A stretch of DNA of 64,000 nt from Thalia democratica (Eukaryota), in assembly GCA_965202585.1 (NCBI GenBank), contig OZ241831.1, positions 19,344,001 through 19,408,000 on the forward strand, read 5' to 3'. The notes beneath the pieces are model-generated. The model was not told the DNA's origin and did no database searches. It was given only the letters and a program-made list of their open reading frames with translations. Positions 53,504 through 64,000 of this stretch are shown in pieces. The translations under genes and the position numbers were made by a program. The number at the start of each line of letters is the position of its first letter. The first letter of the stretch is position 1.

Positions 53504-56500
53504 TTTAGCTAAGTTGTTTATAATGCTAAGTTTATATTTTAAATCCTAAAAAAATGGTAGACTACTAAAACATAAATAATTTATAAAGTACTTCATAAAA
53601 AATATTGCTCAAAGTTTTAATTAGTATAAATTTATTTTGCTATTTTTTGTTGAAAAAAATAAATGAATTTTTATGCTTTTAAAGCTATTTTTATACATTG
53701 TAATTTTTTGGTTTTAAAATTCGTGTATATTTTATAAACACAATTCGTATTAATAAAAAACTTAACTAATATACTGCAGGTTTTTTGTAATTTATAACTA
53801 AGATTTTGTGCAATATTTTCTGAATTATTAGAGTATATGTTACAATTTTAGTACTATTTACAACATTCATCATTATAACTGTTAAAAAATTATGATACTC
53901 AAAATAAATCTATTCATGCAAAAGTGAAAAAAAACTTTATACACATGGCTTCCTTTGGTTATAGAAAAACAATATTTATAGATGTTCCTCAAATTAAAAC
54001 CAATGTATAACGCTATTTGATAATATAATGCTAACAAATAAAAATATTTTAACTAGAAAAAAACAGAACTAAAGCACTTATAGGAAATTATTGTAAAAAC
54101 TAATTAAACAAAATCTAATTACAACTTTAATCAAATTTTCTAATTAGTTTGAAACAATTAATTTTCATAAATTAACTTACAAATTGCTTCATTTTTTATG
54201 TTAAGCAAAATTAAACTTTTGAAGCTAATTGTTTAGCTTAATTAAAGTATTTAGTATTATTCTAATTATCAACTTACTTAGTTTATACTAATTGTAAGTA
54301 AAAAAAGTGTTTACATCACCATATGATAAGATCAAAAAATACACATTTCAAATTTGAACAAAAACATTTTCTTGAAATAGTTGAAGAGTACTTTTGAAAA
54401 CTTGTCTTTTTTATTTTTGAAAAACGAAAAATACTTCAGAATATTACAAGAAATATACAACTTACATTAAATTCAAATCCTTAATTATCCAATGACATCA
54501 TGTTAATAATTGAAAATTTTAATTCAAGTTATTAAGATGTAAGTATAATTAATGTGTACTTAAAAGCAATTTTACTTAAATAAGTTATAAAAAAGCACAG
54601 AAAAAAACTGTTTACAAATAACTGACTAGCAAAATCCAATTAAAAATTTAAATAGAACTAAATAATGATCCAAATCATAAAAAATAATAAAATTTACTTA
54701 TTGGTTTTATGCAAAATATTTATTTCATTGGCACAACAGGAAGTCTTTAATTACAATATATGTTTTCTAAAAAGATAACTCTTTGAAATTATATTGTATT
54801 TCATGCTAGTAAACTTGCTTATTAATTAAGACAAAAAAACAGTTAAAACATTACTTATTTTACTTAAATACAAAACACAAAATAAATAGCTTATATTTAA
54901 GTGCATTTACTTTTTTTAATTACAGCAGTATTTAATTCTAACACTTAAATTTTTTGTAAGTAAATGTGCAAAACTATTTAAAATTAATAAGTCTAAATAT
55001 TTTGTTAAGTATTTTAGTCTTATCATTATAATGTTACAAGTACTACTTTAAAATTCAATGAAAAAAAATTGTATAGAAAACAAGTTTTCAGTTAGTTCAA
55101 TTATAATTATCGAGATTTAATTATTTAACTCTAAAGAAAAATTTAAATCAAAAAATATTAAATAATCATAACAAAATGTTATAATCAGCTAGTATTGTTT
55201 AAAAATAATAGACTACTTATAATAAAAATAAACTTGTCAAAGAATTAATAAATCATATACACTTTTCAAAATGAGTACACTAATTATAAAAAACTTGTAA
55301 CTAATAATAGGTCTATGTCATGCTTACAAACTATGTAAACACAAAACAACTGATAAATAAATTATTTATTACTTAGTTTTAAATATTCTATTAAACAATT
55401 GTATGGAACATTGTATTTTAAAAGTGTCTAAATAGAAAAACATTTACAATATTTTTTTGATAAATATTTTTATAATACTATAAAGCTTTATTAAGTCAAA
55501 AAAGCTGTTATGTAATAAATATAAATCTATAGTTAAATATTGAAGTAAAACTTAGAAGCATCAATTTAAAAAAAAGCTTACGCTAACCTAATCAGTTTGG
55601 TTAGTTAAAATAGAATATTATTCTGCAAAGTTAAGCATAACTTTTGAAGCTTTAATGTGTAAATTGAAGGCCATAATTTAATTTTATTATTTTCAAAAAT
55701 AAAAAACAATTTTATTATACTTTTTGATTTTTTTGGATTTATTTAAAATACAGTATACAAAAACTGATTAAACTTTAATGGTCAATGAATATTTAAACTT
55801 GGTAATAAAAACAAATCAACACAATTTATCTAAATTTCAAATTTAAGACCACATTTAAAAATTAAAGACTATGTAGTTAATATTTTAATAAAGTAAAATA
55901 ATTAAATATGCTATTGCAGCATAAATTTAAAACAAATATATTGAAAAATTAAAACAAGAACTTTGAAGAAATAAATTTAAAATTCTTGACTTATATAATT
56001 TTTTACAAAAATTTTACAGATAAAAATTTATTGATACACTAATTTATAAATTAATGTTTTATTTAATTAATAAGATTAATGAAACCCTTAGGTATAATAG
56101 ATATTTTATACAAATATAATACTTTAAACTGAAAAAAAATAATTTTTTACATAACATCAAAGACATTTAGCTTTTAATACTAAATGCTTGAGAATATTAA
56201 CAAAAATTCTTATCAAAAAATAAAAGCAAACTACCTGTATTTATACTATATAAACTACAACATCATTTAAGTACTTTAACAAACATACAAATAATTATTA
56301 AAAGCACAGTCATTAAAATATAACAACATAATGTTTTTTACATACAAAAAAAAATAACAATTAAAATAATTGACTAAAATTTCCTGTTAAAATAATAGTA
56401 GAAAATTACTTTATTTAAAAAACTTTTTGTTATATTTATAAAGTAATCTGTTTTTCAAAAATCTGTTTAATTGTCTTATAGTTTGACTGAAAACTAAAAA

Positions 56501-57481
56501 AAAAACAGTTTAACTACAATTCAAGCTAAAAACCATTTCGAAAAACTAAAAACAACTAATATTTTTTATTTTAATCAAATAATAATAGTCTTTAGTTTTA
56601 ATATTTTTGTTAAAAAAAAATCAACACTACAGGGTCTTTAAATTTTCTTTTCATGTTTTCAAATAACTTATACAATGATTGAAAACATTTATTTAAGTGG
56701 GAAATAACAGTTTATTTAAGTATATTTATAATTTACTTAATTTAAATTTTCTTAAATTAGCTATCAAAAATAAAAATGACAACAATAAGTTTTATAGGCA
56801 AAGTATGAGTAATATTCTAAAGTATTAATTGTAAAAAAAGTCTGTGTTTCCTAAAAAATGAACAAGCAACCATTTATAAAGTCACTTGGTATAAACTAGC
56901 TTGTAAAAATACTGAGAAACAACTTTTACCAAAACAAGCCAAGCATAACAAGTTTCATTATTGCAGATTTGCTTTAAAAGATATTTCTCCTATCCAAACT
57001 TAAAATTAAAATCTCATCAAACATATATGCAATTTTATATAAGTAAAAGTAAGTTTGTTCATCTAATCAATAGAAATTTATAAAATTATTCAAATAAATG
57101 TTTAGTTTATCTTAATGTTGGTTTTAGAATTTCGTAATGCTAATAACTAGCAAACAAAAGAGCTTTTTCAAAAAGTTAAATATTCTTAATAAATTTTATA
57201 AATAACACTTAAAAATTATATAAGAAATTTATAAATACCTAGTTCTACATGTTTTCAATTTTTATAAGTTATTTAAACAAATATCTACTTGGTTAAAAAC
57301 ATATTTAAAAGCTAACACAGCACTTTTTTTTTATATGTGTCGACCACCAGGTTTTGATCATGTAATGTTTAACTAAGAGAGTTTTCAAAGCCGTCATTGG
57401 GAAACCTACGCAAGCTATTAAAAAAAAACTGAAAAAAATAAATTATAGATAGCTGTAATTGTAAATGTTTGTAGTAACTTG

Positions 57482-57688
57482 TTGTTTATTGAACGACAAA
57501 AAAAACGTTCAAAATATTTGGTCTGAGAACCTGGTGCACGGAAAAAAACTTTCGGTTATTCAGTCGCACACTACGGATACCTTTTAACGTCTTGTCCAGG
57601 ACCTTTTAAAATTAAATATTAAAAGATAAATCACAACTGCCATCAAAGAAGTAAATTTTAGTTGTCAAAAAGACCTAATGTACGATTA
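57482..57688. repeat. Dispersed repeat, copy B (upstream of midnolin)
   Basis: Same orientation and shared core as 24971-25135. Confidence 0.8.
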
Positions 57689-58409
57689 AAAAAAACTTGA
57701 AGAGATGTATTTAAAATATATTAATGATCTAGTTCAATGTTTTCTTTTTGCGTCTAAAAGCATTTAAACTATAGTTAAAACATTTTTAGCTTTGTTGATT
57801 GTTTATATGATTAATGCTTATATTCTGATAAACTAATTTATTTGACATAAAAATTAAATTCATTAATGTACCTCTTATGTTATTTACAACCTGTGTCGAA
57901 GTTTACTATTTTGTGTTAATAAAAAAAGATGTTGAGTTTAAATTCAATGTCGTTATATACAAAAAAATCGATAGATTAGCGATGGGAACTCAGTTTCGAC
58001 TAGTTCTTAATTATAGTTTTGTTCGTTACGTTAAAGCCAAACGTTTCAAAAATGTATAAAAGTCTGTACCTTACTTTAAAAACGTAAATACGCTATAAGA
58101 ATTTTAATTAAAGCCTTATTTTTAAACCTCAATCATAACAAACATTTAGAGCTATAGGTTTAGTTTAGATTAGAGAATGCTAGATTGTTTATATGTACTT
58201 TTGCTACAAATGTATTATTGTTTACAGTTTTGAATTTACCTTAAACCAACACTTTCTTTATGTTGTTTATTTTGATTTATTTAGGAAAAGTTAAATTTAT
58301 TTTTGTGTTTATTATATCGTACCTTTGAAACTTGTTATTAAATTGTAGTAAAGTTTGTTTTTGTTTAACTGTATAGCGGACTTTAGATTTGAAATAAAAA
58401 TACAACTAA

Positions 58410-59740
58410 TAAAAAAGATGCTATTTTATCTGTGATACACCAAAAGAACACAAAAAATATTGCTTTTTAAACATTGATCTTTTGTATTTAGATGGAGTCG
58501 TTTTTTTTGGACAAGGCAAAGTTGGTAAGACCTATGTTAAACATAAACAAAAAACAGCTTACAGCTTACTTAAGAAGAAAAACTTATATTTAGTTTGTAA
58601 AGACGTTATTCTCGTCTGAGAAAAAAATATGTATTTATTTATTACATATAACATTTTGTTGGTTATTAGTCCATAAAATATCACAGACAGATTTAATAGA
58701 CCCGCATGTCTCTAAAGTTTTTAGTAAATGGATTTTAGGTGAAAACAATGAACCAAAAAAGAGTATTTTGTTCTTTAACAATAATTTGCAAAATAATCAA
58801 TAGTGCTTTAAATGTTTTAATAATAATAAGTCAGAATTATAATAAAAGAACAAACCTTTAACAATTCGACTGTACTAATTTTTTTATTCATAAAAACGTT
58901 TAAGTCAAAGATTTACAAAAAAACAAGTGGTATACAACTCAAGATTATAAAAATTTCTCTAGTATGCGTTTACATGACAACTCAAATTCGGACAATTAAA
59001 ATTCTTAAAAAAAAATATTTAAAAGACTATATCTCAAAAAATAATATAAATATAGAAAAAATAGAAATACACATGTAGATCTTATTAGTATCTACAAGTC
59101 AGTTTTTTTTTTGCAAAATCCTAAGTATTTTTTAAAATATTTGAAACTTTATAAAAATAACTATGTTTTTTACTTTATTAAAGCCATATCTCAAAAAATT
59201 ATTAATGTTTTGGGAAAAGAAAAAAAAGGCTTGTAGATATTACTAGGACCTACATATTTACTTTTTATATTTGACAAATACACATTACTTTTTTAGTTGT
59301 GACCCTTTCAATATTTTTTTAAGAATTTGAATTGTCGGGATTTAAATTGACCGAATTTGAATTGTCGTGAACCCATTAAATCTTGTTGTTTAAATATTTA
59401 TTTTATTGATTTTACGACTTTTGAAGGCAATTGTTTTAAAACTTTTATTGATATTTTAATTATTTTTAAGACAGTGTTTAGTTTTGGTGAGTTGAAATTT
59501 TACTCAAAATTATCATACAAAAGTCTAAATAATTTGTACATAACTATCTTATATATTTTTGTTTATTCTAACTCTTTTACTTCATTTAATATTTTTCACG
59601 CAAAATTAAATTTTCTTGTAAAACAACAATTCAACTTCCAATTCAACCGTTTTAAAAATTGTTTTAATAGTTTTTCGGTACATCATGTCTCATTAATTAT
59701 ATTAAAAAATACTGATATTAAAAATATCAAGATTAAATGA
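58410..59740 (+). pseudogene. Possible decayed NB-ARC/STAND P-loop ATPase fragment, interrupted by a MITE
   Basis: Motifs appear in the expected order on the plus strand: Walker A VVFFGQGKVGKT (GQGKVGKT at 58509-58532), a Walker B-like KWILGENNEPKKSILFFNN (SILFFNN at 58762-58782, Asp replaced by Asn), LSYKSL (~59510) and an MHD-like FSVHH (~59675). Stops and frameshifts intervene, and no GxPLA motif was found. This is pattern recognition only. Confidence 0.35.
58966..59374. mobile_element. MITE with ~55-65-bp imperfect TIRs
   Basis: The left end gcgtttacatgacaactcaaattcgg...acaattaaaattcttaaaaaaaaatatt matches the reverse complement of the right end gggttcacgacaattcaaattcgg...acaattcaaattcttaaaaaaaatatt. 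There are internal direct repeats (atatctcaaaaaat; tgtagat.tt.tag.a.ctaca). Confidence 0.7.
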
Positions 59741-61992
59741 TTTTGCTCACAAACTGACTAAAAATAATTAGCAGAGTCATTAAAGTAAGTTTTTCTGTTG
59801 CCAAAAGTTTTATATTTTATGAGTATAATAAGCATTTTTTAAATAGTTCATCTCATGTTTTTGATGTTCTCTGCTAGTTAATTTTTTCAGATAACCTATA
59901 ATCTATTTATAATCATTTTAAATTTTCTAAACTTCTGTTTTTAGATCCACTACCAGCTAGAAAGAAAAAAAAAATCTGTAAGTATCTTTCATGTCTTTTG
60001 TGCAAAATTTCTAGCTGTTTTTATTGTTAAACCACCTTATTTTCAGTTGATTTCAATTTGTTACCTGAACGTAAAGTCAAAGGTTACAAAACAGCCCTAA
60101 AGCTCATAGGATACACTAGAGGTAGAGTTGATTGACATGGCTTGATATATCCAGTCTAACTCAGTGTAAAACTAAAAGTAACTGTCCATTTTAGTTTTTA
60201 AGTTTGTTTACAGTGTTCTAATTAGTTGTCTCTGCGCTAAATGCTTTCTTTAAGACGTTAGAAGCCCGATTAAGTAACCTTATCGTAACTAAAAGGAACG
60301 CCGTTAGCGATATTGCAGCTATAAATTTTCAAAGTAAATATTATAGCATTTTGTTTATCAATGTCTACCAATTTAACTTAGAAGACAACTTATTACATTT
60401 GCTTATACACGACTTAAACTATACATGCACAACATCTTTTGCTTTTTATACAATCATTAAAACAAAACTCTTACTTTCTAGAAATGGCCTGTGTAAGTTC
60501 ATGTTGAACCACAGCTGCAGTTAAAATTTCTGATTCAGAGAAAATTTCAAAAGATTGTAGTTCTTAAGATATCTGTAGAGAACTTATCAAAGTTCAACTT
60601 AATTTTCCTAATTTTGCTTTCACTTTATATAATTAATTCTTCAATGGTCTTGAATACTTTCTTTTATCTCGAAAATAAGATTTCCACTTTTTTTTAAATA
60701 GGAGTCAGAATTTAAAAGATTTAAGCCATAACTTGTCTCTTTTATATAAAATATCTATAGTCTATACGAAAATCAAAAGTAAAAAGTGCTTTGGCCTTCT
60801 GTGGATATTAGTACGGCTGAGTTTTTACAATCATTATTCAGCAGTCCTGGCACATTTAAAGTATTCTCAGTTTAAGTTTTTATTCTGGACTATTAACTGT
60901 ATTTAATATTCATTGACCTTTGACTGAGATAGTCAACGATATTTCTTAAAAAGATAGTATTATATTTGTTATAAAACTATAAACTAAGAAAAGCAGAGTG
61001 AATTGGATTTTTGAACCGTACCACACTTGTATTGAAACTGAAGACCTACAATAAAATTAGTTATATTTAATAGTTATTTAAGTCGTAATAATAAATTTAA
61101 AAACCTCTAATGGCTCCGATTCCCTTAAATATTTTTAAAAATGATTAATAATATGTAAAAAAACAACTATTCTCTTGCCCATAACTTATGTTGATAGAAA
61201 ATTAAGAATGTGTTCATAAATAGAACCAGTAGCTTCCATACCTTTAAAAACTAGATCTATTGAAAATAAAGCTTTGCACACTGCACTATTTAGCACAATA
61301 TCTTTTACTATTAAGAAACAAATAGTTTTACATTTTGCTTATTTTTAGTTAAACAAACTATTCTTAAGAACTGTCTAAGCTACATTTTAAGTTCAAAATA
61401 AATCTGAGAAAATCCTTTTTTTTTTGAAATGAGTAAGTTTTGTAAAGTATTTTTTTTGTACACTACTGTGCACATATGTTTAGGTTGAGAAGCACTATGT
61501 TAAATGTCAAACTATTCGATTTTAATATGAAAAAAACTTTTGTTTGAATTTTATGTTTCAAAATCGTTTTCAAACATAGATTGAAAGTTAGATAAGTAGA
61601 AACTTTTTTTTTGCTTACAAAGCGCTTTAAGACGTTTGTTTAATATTTACTGTACTTTAATCTGATTATGTTTTTTTTTCCTCTATGTTAAACAATAATT
61701 ACAGAGAAACATATATCAGTTAAAAATCAAAACTATTGTGCAAAATTGTGTTATTAATGTATATTCAAACGAACTTGTTTCCTTAGGATCTGTATTAATT
61801 AACTATTAGCTAGTGTCTGTTAAACATTTATATTTATTCAATTAATGTTTAAATATGTGATTTTAGACAATTATGATTATTTTTAGTTTTTTCAAATCAT
61901 TTTAGCACCAATTGTAGAATTAATTTTAAAACATTTTATATAATTTTATATGTTTTGATCTTTCGAACTCTATTTGAATAAGATTTTTGATA

Positions 61993-62034
61993 TAATCACT
62001 GACGAGGTCTTTGACCGAAACTGAGTTTGCATTA
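61993..62034 (+). ncRNA. Minimal type-I hammerhead-ribozyme-like motif (copy 3, solo)
   Basis: CTGACGA (61999-62005), perfect stem II GGTC/TTT/GACC, GAAA (62017-62020), AC-TGA-GT, U at the cleavage position, and helix I taat-ca/tg(c)atta. The downstream flank aaaagtcttgatagaatcaaa matches the copies at 24.2 and 24.6 kb. Confidence 0.65.
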
Positions 62035-62680
62035 AAAAGTCTTGATAGAATCAAATGAATACATTCTATATAATTCAAATTTTCATTTATAATCAAAAGT
62101 ACCAGTTTCATATTGTTTTAAGGTTTTTTATCTGCTTACCAAACAGTTTTAATTTTTTAACATTTAAAATAAGATAATTTTGAAAGGTATTTTTATACAA
62201 CTTGTTTTTTAAGGCAAATTCCATATAAATACCTTTAAAAAGGTTAAAAATGTTTTTATTTCTTGATGTTTTTGAATACAGATTTTATTTGATAAACCTT
62301 ATTTTTATAATTGAAAAATAAAAATATCTATTTAAGATTTTACATTATTAAGTTAGCAATGCTATATTTAAAACGGTTTTTAAATTTTTATCTAATTTTA
62401 TCATTAAAATATTTAGTAGTTTAAAAGACTTCACAACTTCGAAATAAAATGTATTGACTAACTTATAAAAAAGTTTTTATTTAATAGTAATATTTGTTTG
62501 TAAAAGTTTATCAAAATATTTAACTAAGTAAGCGTAGTTTGTTCTTAGGACTTAACTTGTTTGGTAAAAGCTTTTTTATTAATATTTTTAATACATAATA
62601 CAGCCTAGTAGTTATAATGTAAACGGATAAATTAAAATTGGAAATATTTTTAGTACAAATAGTATTATTGATTAATATAC

Positions 62681-63103
62681 TTAAAAATAAAGTTCGTCCT
62701 CATATGAGTGTCTAGTGTCATTTTCAAGTTCTTCTGCTTCCTCTTCAGAAGCATACTCTACAGTTTCGTAATCATCGAACGGAACTAACAAAGAAATAGG
62801 TATACCTTTGGGTATTGAGCGCAGACGGTAAGGAGTGTCTAAATCTACTTCTTCTTTTCCCCTTCTGATTCTTATTAAACGATTCAGCAATTGAGCAATA
62901 AATGTTGGAATGTCTTTTGGTTGGTGAAAAAGGACTTCATGTGTAATAATTTGAAGCATGTCATTGAGCCCTTTAGGAGTGGTAGGTCTTACAACTCGTT
63001 TATACCCTGGTAACCTTAAACTGTCAATTTCGTGAGACCAATAACTTCTATCGATTTCTTTTTTTGGACATTCTTTTGCTGAAGATTCATTTTCATTAGA
63101 CAT
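62681..63103 (-). CDS. Single-exon 140-aa protein with an RIIa-type dimerization/docking (D/D) domain (Sp17/CABYR/ropporin-like) and an acidic tail
   Basis: ATG-initiated ORF. TPKGLNDMLQIITHEVLFHQPKDIPTFIAQLLNRL fits the PKA-RII D/D consensus (P.GL.ELL..LTREVLR.QP.DI..FAA.YF..L). The C-terminus is Glu/Asp-rich. Confidence 0.8.
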   Translation of the reverse strand: MSNENESSAKECPKKEIDRSYWSHEIDSLRLPGYKRVVRPTTPKGLNDMLQIITHEVLFHQPKDIPTFIAQLLNRLIRIRRGKEEVDLDTPYRLRSIPKGIPISLLVPFDDYETVEYASEEEAEELENDTRHSYEDELYF

Positions 63104-64000
63104 CCTTTTGTATTTAACTAAGTTTTGATAGATAATGAATCAATTTTAACAGATAGTTGTCCAACGAGATAAATCTATATGTTACGTCATATTCGTAAAG
63201 CTTTCAGTAAAATTATACTTCAAAAAGCTTCTTGTCTTAGTCACCAAAGTTATAAAATGAACAGAACAGTTCACTTAAAACATATAAATTCAGTTTTAAT
63301 GAAATTAAAGGATTATTTAATGCTGTTTAGTAAACTTAGTGTAAAGTTTTGTAAATAATCTTACCCAAGTGTAGTTTGTGCTTGATTTAATGTTGGATTA
63401 CTGGTTCAAAAAAAAAACCGGATAAAAGTGATTAAATATGTGAATTTGTTTAAAATACATTTTATATTAGTTTCTTAAAGCCCTCCGATGTAATAAGCTT
63501 GTCGATCATGTATAACTCTATGTTTTACATTAAAACTTTGTTTGTCTCAGTATTTTTCAACTTTGGTTTGTTTAGCAACATAACAATTGGTCGTTACTTA
63601 TTGATATATGTTTAATTTAGTTCATAAGATATATGTTTTAATTGAGTTTATACATTTTTTTTTATAATACTTTTATGAGATAATTAAAGTAAAGACTACC
63701 TTCTAAATTTGAATTAAACTTTCAGGAACCTTAAATATAAGATTAACATGTTTTTACTTGAGCAGAAAATAAAGTATTTAAATAGTAAGCTAAGAAAACT
63801 GTTCCAAGCAAGCTTAACTTAAAATATATTTTTTTTTTTTTGAGAAAATCAAAGAAAAAATTCTTCTTTTTTATGTTTGCAAATGTTGCTTGCTTTCTAT
63901 TATAACAGTTTTAGACTTGGACAAGTATTCAAAAAAAAGGGAAAAATTATATTTTAAAATAGAAGGAAATTTGTTGTTGTTAATATCATTAATGTTAAAA

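Noticed and set aside
57987-57998. Minus-strand CGAAACTGAGTT, identical to the 3' half of hammerhead copy 3
   Set aside because: No CTGANGA or stem II upstream; at best a heavily decayed fragment.
58492-60136. Possible small plus-strand spliced gene (mini-exons 58492-58524, 58691-58738, 59945-59977, 60058 onward)
   Set aside because: The splice signals and phases fit, but there is no clear start, no recognisable product, and it overlaps the NB-ARC relic interpretation. It is not supportable without RNA data.
60000-61050. Minus-strand frame that reads protein-like if TAA/TAG were Gln (alternative genetic code idea)
   Set aside because: Stop density is about what AT-rich random sequence gives, TGA stops occur in the adjacent stretch, and the real genes here use TAA and TAG as stops.
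1-64000. CRISPR arrays, rRNA, tRNA or prokaryotic operons
   Set aside because: None seen. The sequence is spliceosomal-intron-containing eukaryotic DNA, and the repeats lack a repeat-spacer structure.

Overview
AT-rich, intron-dense animal genomic DNA. The supplied ORF track misses most real genes because they are spliced. I reconstructed the exons by hand from GT-AG boundaries, reading-phase continuity and remembered protein motifs. There are three multi-exon genes. (1) A neurofibromin (NF1) orthologue on the minus strand: 35 exons, about 1512 codons from the ATG at 22756 through the RasGAP domain, running off the left edge. (2) A 7-exon phosphonoacetaldehyde hydrolase (phosphonatase, PhnX-like HAD enzyme, 298 aa) on the plus strand at 27835-34020, head-to-head with NF1. 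(3) A 14-exon midnolin orthologue (760 aa; Ubl, split Catch domain, C-terminal helix) on the minus strand at 35653-53503, whose introns carry many CpG-rich non-coding islands. A single-exon RIIa docking-domain (Sp17/ropporin-like) ORF lies at 62681-63103, and a possible decayed NB-ARC/STAND ATPase relic lies at about 58400-59740. Introns and intergenic DNA hold several MITE-like elements. Three copies of a short repeat carry a minimal type-I hammerhead-ribozyme-like motif, two with an intact core. The most interesting items are the spliced C-P bond-cleaving enzyme in an animal and the hammerhead-bearing repeat, one copy of which sits just downstream of a 15/16 match to the ascidian spliced leader. 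No database searches were run, so family assignments rest on motif recognition, the species is unknown, and coordinates were counted by hand.
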